Below are positions 27,597 through 30,178 of a stretch of 30,178 nt of DNA, piece after piece. The position numbers and the translations under genes were made by a program. The notes beneath the pieces were generated by a model. It had not been told where the DNA came from, did not search any database, and was given only the letters and a program-made list of their open reading frames with translations. Location of the stretch: UHGV virus genome UHGV-0037346; one strand, given 5' to 3'. The stretch is from a virus. Position 1 is the stretch's first letter, and each line of letters begins with the position of its first letter.

Positions 27597-28097
27597 TTAA
27601 TGCAGATATTGCTCTGGTTTTACCGACGTCAGAATTGTCGGTGCATACTCAAACAGGCTGAATAATTCACGTAATGCACGGAATAAAGCATCACGCCAGT
27701 AACATGATTCTTCATTAATTCGCCAGTATGGCTGGTTGAATTCTTTTTCAGTCAATCCGGCATGCATAAATAAAGTACGACGCTGACTGACTGTTAAAAA
27801 ACTAATATATGCATACTCACTTGCGCCAACCTGACGGCGTTTTGAGAATGCCCCACGCAATTCATCAATTGCACATACCAGTCGTTCACGTTCGACATCA
27901 TTCATTTCTTCAAAACGCATCGTTGCGTGACGCTGTTTTAACTGCGCATGGAAGCAAACCGTTAGCCGTTCGCGTACCATCATCTGATTATAATAATCGC
28001 ATGTCTCCTGCCAGCGAGGGACGGCAAGATGCTTACCAATTATCCGGCGCATAGCTGCTGGCTGTTTTTCAACGAGATTAAGCGTCATCACTGTCAT
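27597..28097 (-). CDS. B: Replication protein B (helicase loader, P2 gpB family)
   Basis: 166-aa ORF, same size as P2 gpB, upstream of A in early operon. Confidence 0.78.
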   Translation of the reverse strand: MTVMTLNLVEKQPAAMRRIIGKHLAVPRWQETCDYYNQMMVRERLTVCFHAQLKQRHATMRFEEMNDVERERLVCAIDELRGAFSKRRQVGASEYAYISFLTVSQRRTLFMHAGLTEKEFNQPYWRINEESCYWRDALFRALRELFSLFEYAPTILTSVKPEQYLH

Positions 28098-28354
28098 TTC
28101 CAGACCCTCCGGCTTTTCAGAAAGGTCAGAGCCTTCTTTAACGGACTCTGTTTTTTGGTGCGGATAATGATTCCCTTACGCCCCTTACCGTGGGTGATGG
28201 TGAAGTCAATCGCCCTGGGGCTTTCGTTACGCAATAACTGAGCAATACAACGAGGCTCGTTCATCCTTTCCACCTTAAGCCGCACGGCCATGTCTTGATT
28301 TGCTGTAACTAATGCGATTTTTCCAGTCATGCCATTCTGTCGGAGCTTCATCAA
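28094..28354 (-). CDS. Small hypothetical protein (P2 orf78 position); start uncertain
   Basis: ORF overlaps the 3' end of the Cox-like ORF by ~80 bp if started at 28354; internal Met codons allow a shorter product. Confidence 0.35.
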   Translation of the reverse strand: MMKLRQNGMTGKIALVTANQDMAVRLKVERMNEPRCIAQLLRNESPRAIDFTITHGKGRKGIIIRTKKQSPLKKALTFLKSRRVWK

Positions 28355-28646
28355 CTAGCTGGGCTGCGTACTTGTCCCACTCACGGCGATTAATCCATAA
28401 TTCAGCTTTCCCTCTTGGTTTTAATGGGTCTGTCATGTAGAAGGCTGGCAGCTTTCCTGCTTTAGCCATTTCAGCCACCGCGCGTGGTGTCTTACCGATG
28501 TAAAGAGCAAAACCTTCTTTCGACAGCAAATCAGATGGGCGCTCTGAAATCTGAATGCTTTTACGTTTGGCTTCATTTTCGAAACTTGCCTCATCGCTAG
28601 TTGGACAAGAAATTTCTACATTTGTCGTCACTTTGCTATCCTCCAT
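28275..28646 (-). CDS. cox: Cox-like excisionase/early repressor
   Basis: First gene of the early operon, divergent from C; …GKLPAFYMTDP… resembles the Cox HTH/wing region; longer (123 aa) than P2 Cox, weak SD. Confidence 0.5.
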   Translation of the reverse strand: MEDSKVTTNVEISCPTSDEASFENEAKRKSIQISERPSDLLSKEGFALYIGKTPRAVAEMAKAGKLPAFYMTDPLKPRGKAELWINRREWDKYAAQLVDEAPTEWHDWKNRISYSKSRHGRAA

Positions 28647-28739
28647 AAGATTTGCGATTCACCAACTGGAGCCATCTAGAGCCTTTTTGAGCGAATCACA
28701 AATTGCCAAGTAACAATATAATTGGAGATTAGCAAAATT

Positions 28740-29039
28740 ATGTCAAGTGAACAAAGTGAGAAACTAAAGCTCATCCGTGAATCCGAACGCCTTAAAACTA
28801 AGGAACTTGCTGAATTGATTGGAATTAATTACTACACATATCATGGATATGAATCAGGAAAATCAAAAATGCCTATGGAAGCAGGTATGAAGCTGTTTAA
28901 GCATCCACGCTTTCGCAAGTATCGTGACTGGTTCATGTTTGATGAAACAGATCCAGCAGCTGGACAAATAGCCCCGGCTCTCGCACACATTGGGCAAGAC
29001 TCAACAACCTTGCACCACTCAGACCAGAAGACTGGCTGA
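28740..29039 (+). CDS. C: Immunity repressor C (P2 C family)
   Basis: 99 aa from ATG 28740; HTH (…TKELAELIGINYYTYHGYESGKS…); C-terminus …QIAPALAHIGQD…QKTG resembles P2 C; located immediately upstream of int. Confidence 0.75.
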   Translation: MSSEQSEKLKLIRESERLKTKELAELIGINYYTYHGYESGKSKMPMEAGMKLFKHPRFRKYRDWFMFDETDPAAGQIAPALAHIGQDSTTLHHSDQKTG

Positions 29040-29132
29040 CGATTTATTCAGCATATGTGTGTAGTAAATGTACGAAAGAAAATTGCATTAATTTTCAAGT
29101 AGTAGAAGTAAACAGCGTCATCGGAGGGCTTT

Positions 29133-30128
29133 ATGTCTATTAAAAAGCTCGATGATGGTCGTTATGAAGTGGACGTCAGACCGCAGGGTGCAGATGGAAA
29201 ACGTATCAGGCGGAAATTTAAAACTAAAGGTGAAGCTCAAGCATTCGAACGTCATGTACTGGTTAACTACCACAACAAAGAGTGGTTGGAGAAACCAGCC
29301 GACCGCCGAACTCTTACAGAGTTGTTAGGCAGATGGTGGATATATCACGGAAAATCACATGAGCGTGGAGATATTGAACGGGGGCGTTTAACGACAATAA
29401 TCGCCAAATTTGCAGAAATGGGAGTGTCCAGAGCTGACCAGCTAACAAAGAAAACGATAACTGATTATCGCGTTGTAATGATGAACGATGGTCTGAAACC
29501 AGCCAGCGTAAATCGACATCTGGCAATAATGAGCGGGATGTTCACCAAGTTAATTGACGCCGGTGAATACCACTCTCACAACCCGTTCCGTGAGATTAAA
29601 CGGTTACGTGAAGCTGTTACGGAAATGGCTTTTTTGTCCAGTGAAGAGATTACGCGGCTGTTATCCATGCTTGATGGTGATGAATTAAATGCAACTCTGG
29701 TCTGCCTTTCTACTGGTGGACGCTGGAGTGAAGTGTCTAATTTAAAAGCTGAACACATCATTAACCAGATGGTTACGTTTATGAAAACTAAAAACGGAAA
29801 ACGCAGGACAATTCCCGTTTCGCAGGACCTGATTAAACGGATCAAGACCAAAAATTCAGGCAGGCTTTTTAATGCCAGTTACTACAAAGTGCGTAACGCT
29901 CTCAGGGAAGTAAAACCCGATTTACCTGACGGACAAGCAGTACATGTTTTGAGGCATACATTTGCCACACATTTTATAATGAATGGAGGTAACATAATCA
30001 CATTGCAGCGCATCCTGGGTCATTCTAACATTCAGCAAACTATGACCTACGCACACTTTGCACCGGATTTCTTACAAGATGCTGTGACTCTTAACCCGGT
30101 GTCAGGAATGTCCATAATGCGTCCATAA
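29133..30128 (+). CDS. int: Tyrosine integrase
   Basis: 331 aa; C-terminal catalytic region …HVLRHTFATHFIMNGGNIITLQRILGHSNIQQTMTYAHF… (R, H-x-x-R, Y motifs); GGAGGG RBS. Confidence 0.9.
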   Translation: MSIKKLDDGRYEVDVRPQGADGKRIRRKFKTKGEAQAFERHVLVNYHNKEWLEKPADRRTLTELLGRWWIYHGKSHERGDIERGRLTTIIAKFAEMGVSRADQLTKKTITDYRVVMMNDGLKPASVNRHLAIMSGMFTKLIDAGEYHSHNPFREIKRLREAVTEMAFLSSEEITRLLSMLDGDELNATLVCLSTGGRWSEVSNLKAEHIINQMVTFMKTKNGKRRTIPVSQDLIKRIKTKNSGRLFNASYYKVRNALREVKPDLPDGQAVHVLRHTFATHFIMNGGNIITLQRILGHSNIQQTMTYAHFAPDFLQDAVTLNPVSGMSIMRP

Positions 30129-30178
30129 ACCAGAGTTAACTAGAGCCAATTGAAGCGATATGAGTAATTTAACTAATT

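Larger units (their letters stand above)
1..30178. mobile_element. P2-family temperate phage / prophage (partial, D through int)
   Basis: Complete P2-like gene order and ORF sizes (D,U,T,E,FII,FI,H,I,J,W,V,S,R,lysABC,K,Y,X,L,M,N,O,P,Q,cos,A,B,cox,C,int); exact P2-type 19-nt cos sequence at 23083-23101; tyrosine integrase at right end. Confidence 0.9.

Noticed and set aside
1-30178. CRISPR arrays, tRNA or rRNA genes
   Set aside because: No regularly spaced short direct repeats and no tRNA-like cloverleaf candidates noticed; the window is densely protein-coding.

Overview
The whole window is a P2-family temperate phage (prophage) in reverse orientation, from the end of tail gene D to the integrase. 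On the minus strand it carries the late tail genes (D, U, T, E and E+E', FII, FI), the tail fibre and baseplate genes (H, Tfa, I, J, W, V), S, R, the lysis cassette (lysC, lysB, lysA, K, Y), X, L and the capsid/terminase genes M, N, O. P (large terminase) and Q (portal) are on the plus strand, followed by a terminator and a 19-nt cos site. Beyond cos lie the early operon on the minus strand (A, four small ORFs, B, Cox-like) and the C repressor and tyrosine integrase on the plus strand. Protein family calls rest on ORF length, gene order and motifs I recognise by eye; no database search was run. Three visibly AT-rich cargo islands interrupt the backbone at the known P2 variable loci, and these are the main candidates for something new: (1) a Gin/Pin-family DNA invertase plus an acyltransferase-3 membrane protein between Tfa and FI; (2) an HNH-motif protein between S and V; (3) a single ~310-aa gene between cos and A, where P2 carries tin/old, which I regard as the best candidate for an uncharacterised anti-phage gene. 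The tail fibre gene is interrupted by a 10-N assembly gap flanked by a direct repeat. Host is probably Enterobacteriaceae (inference from P2-like content).
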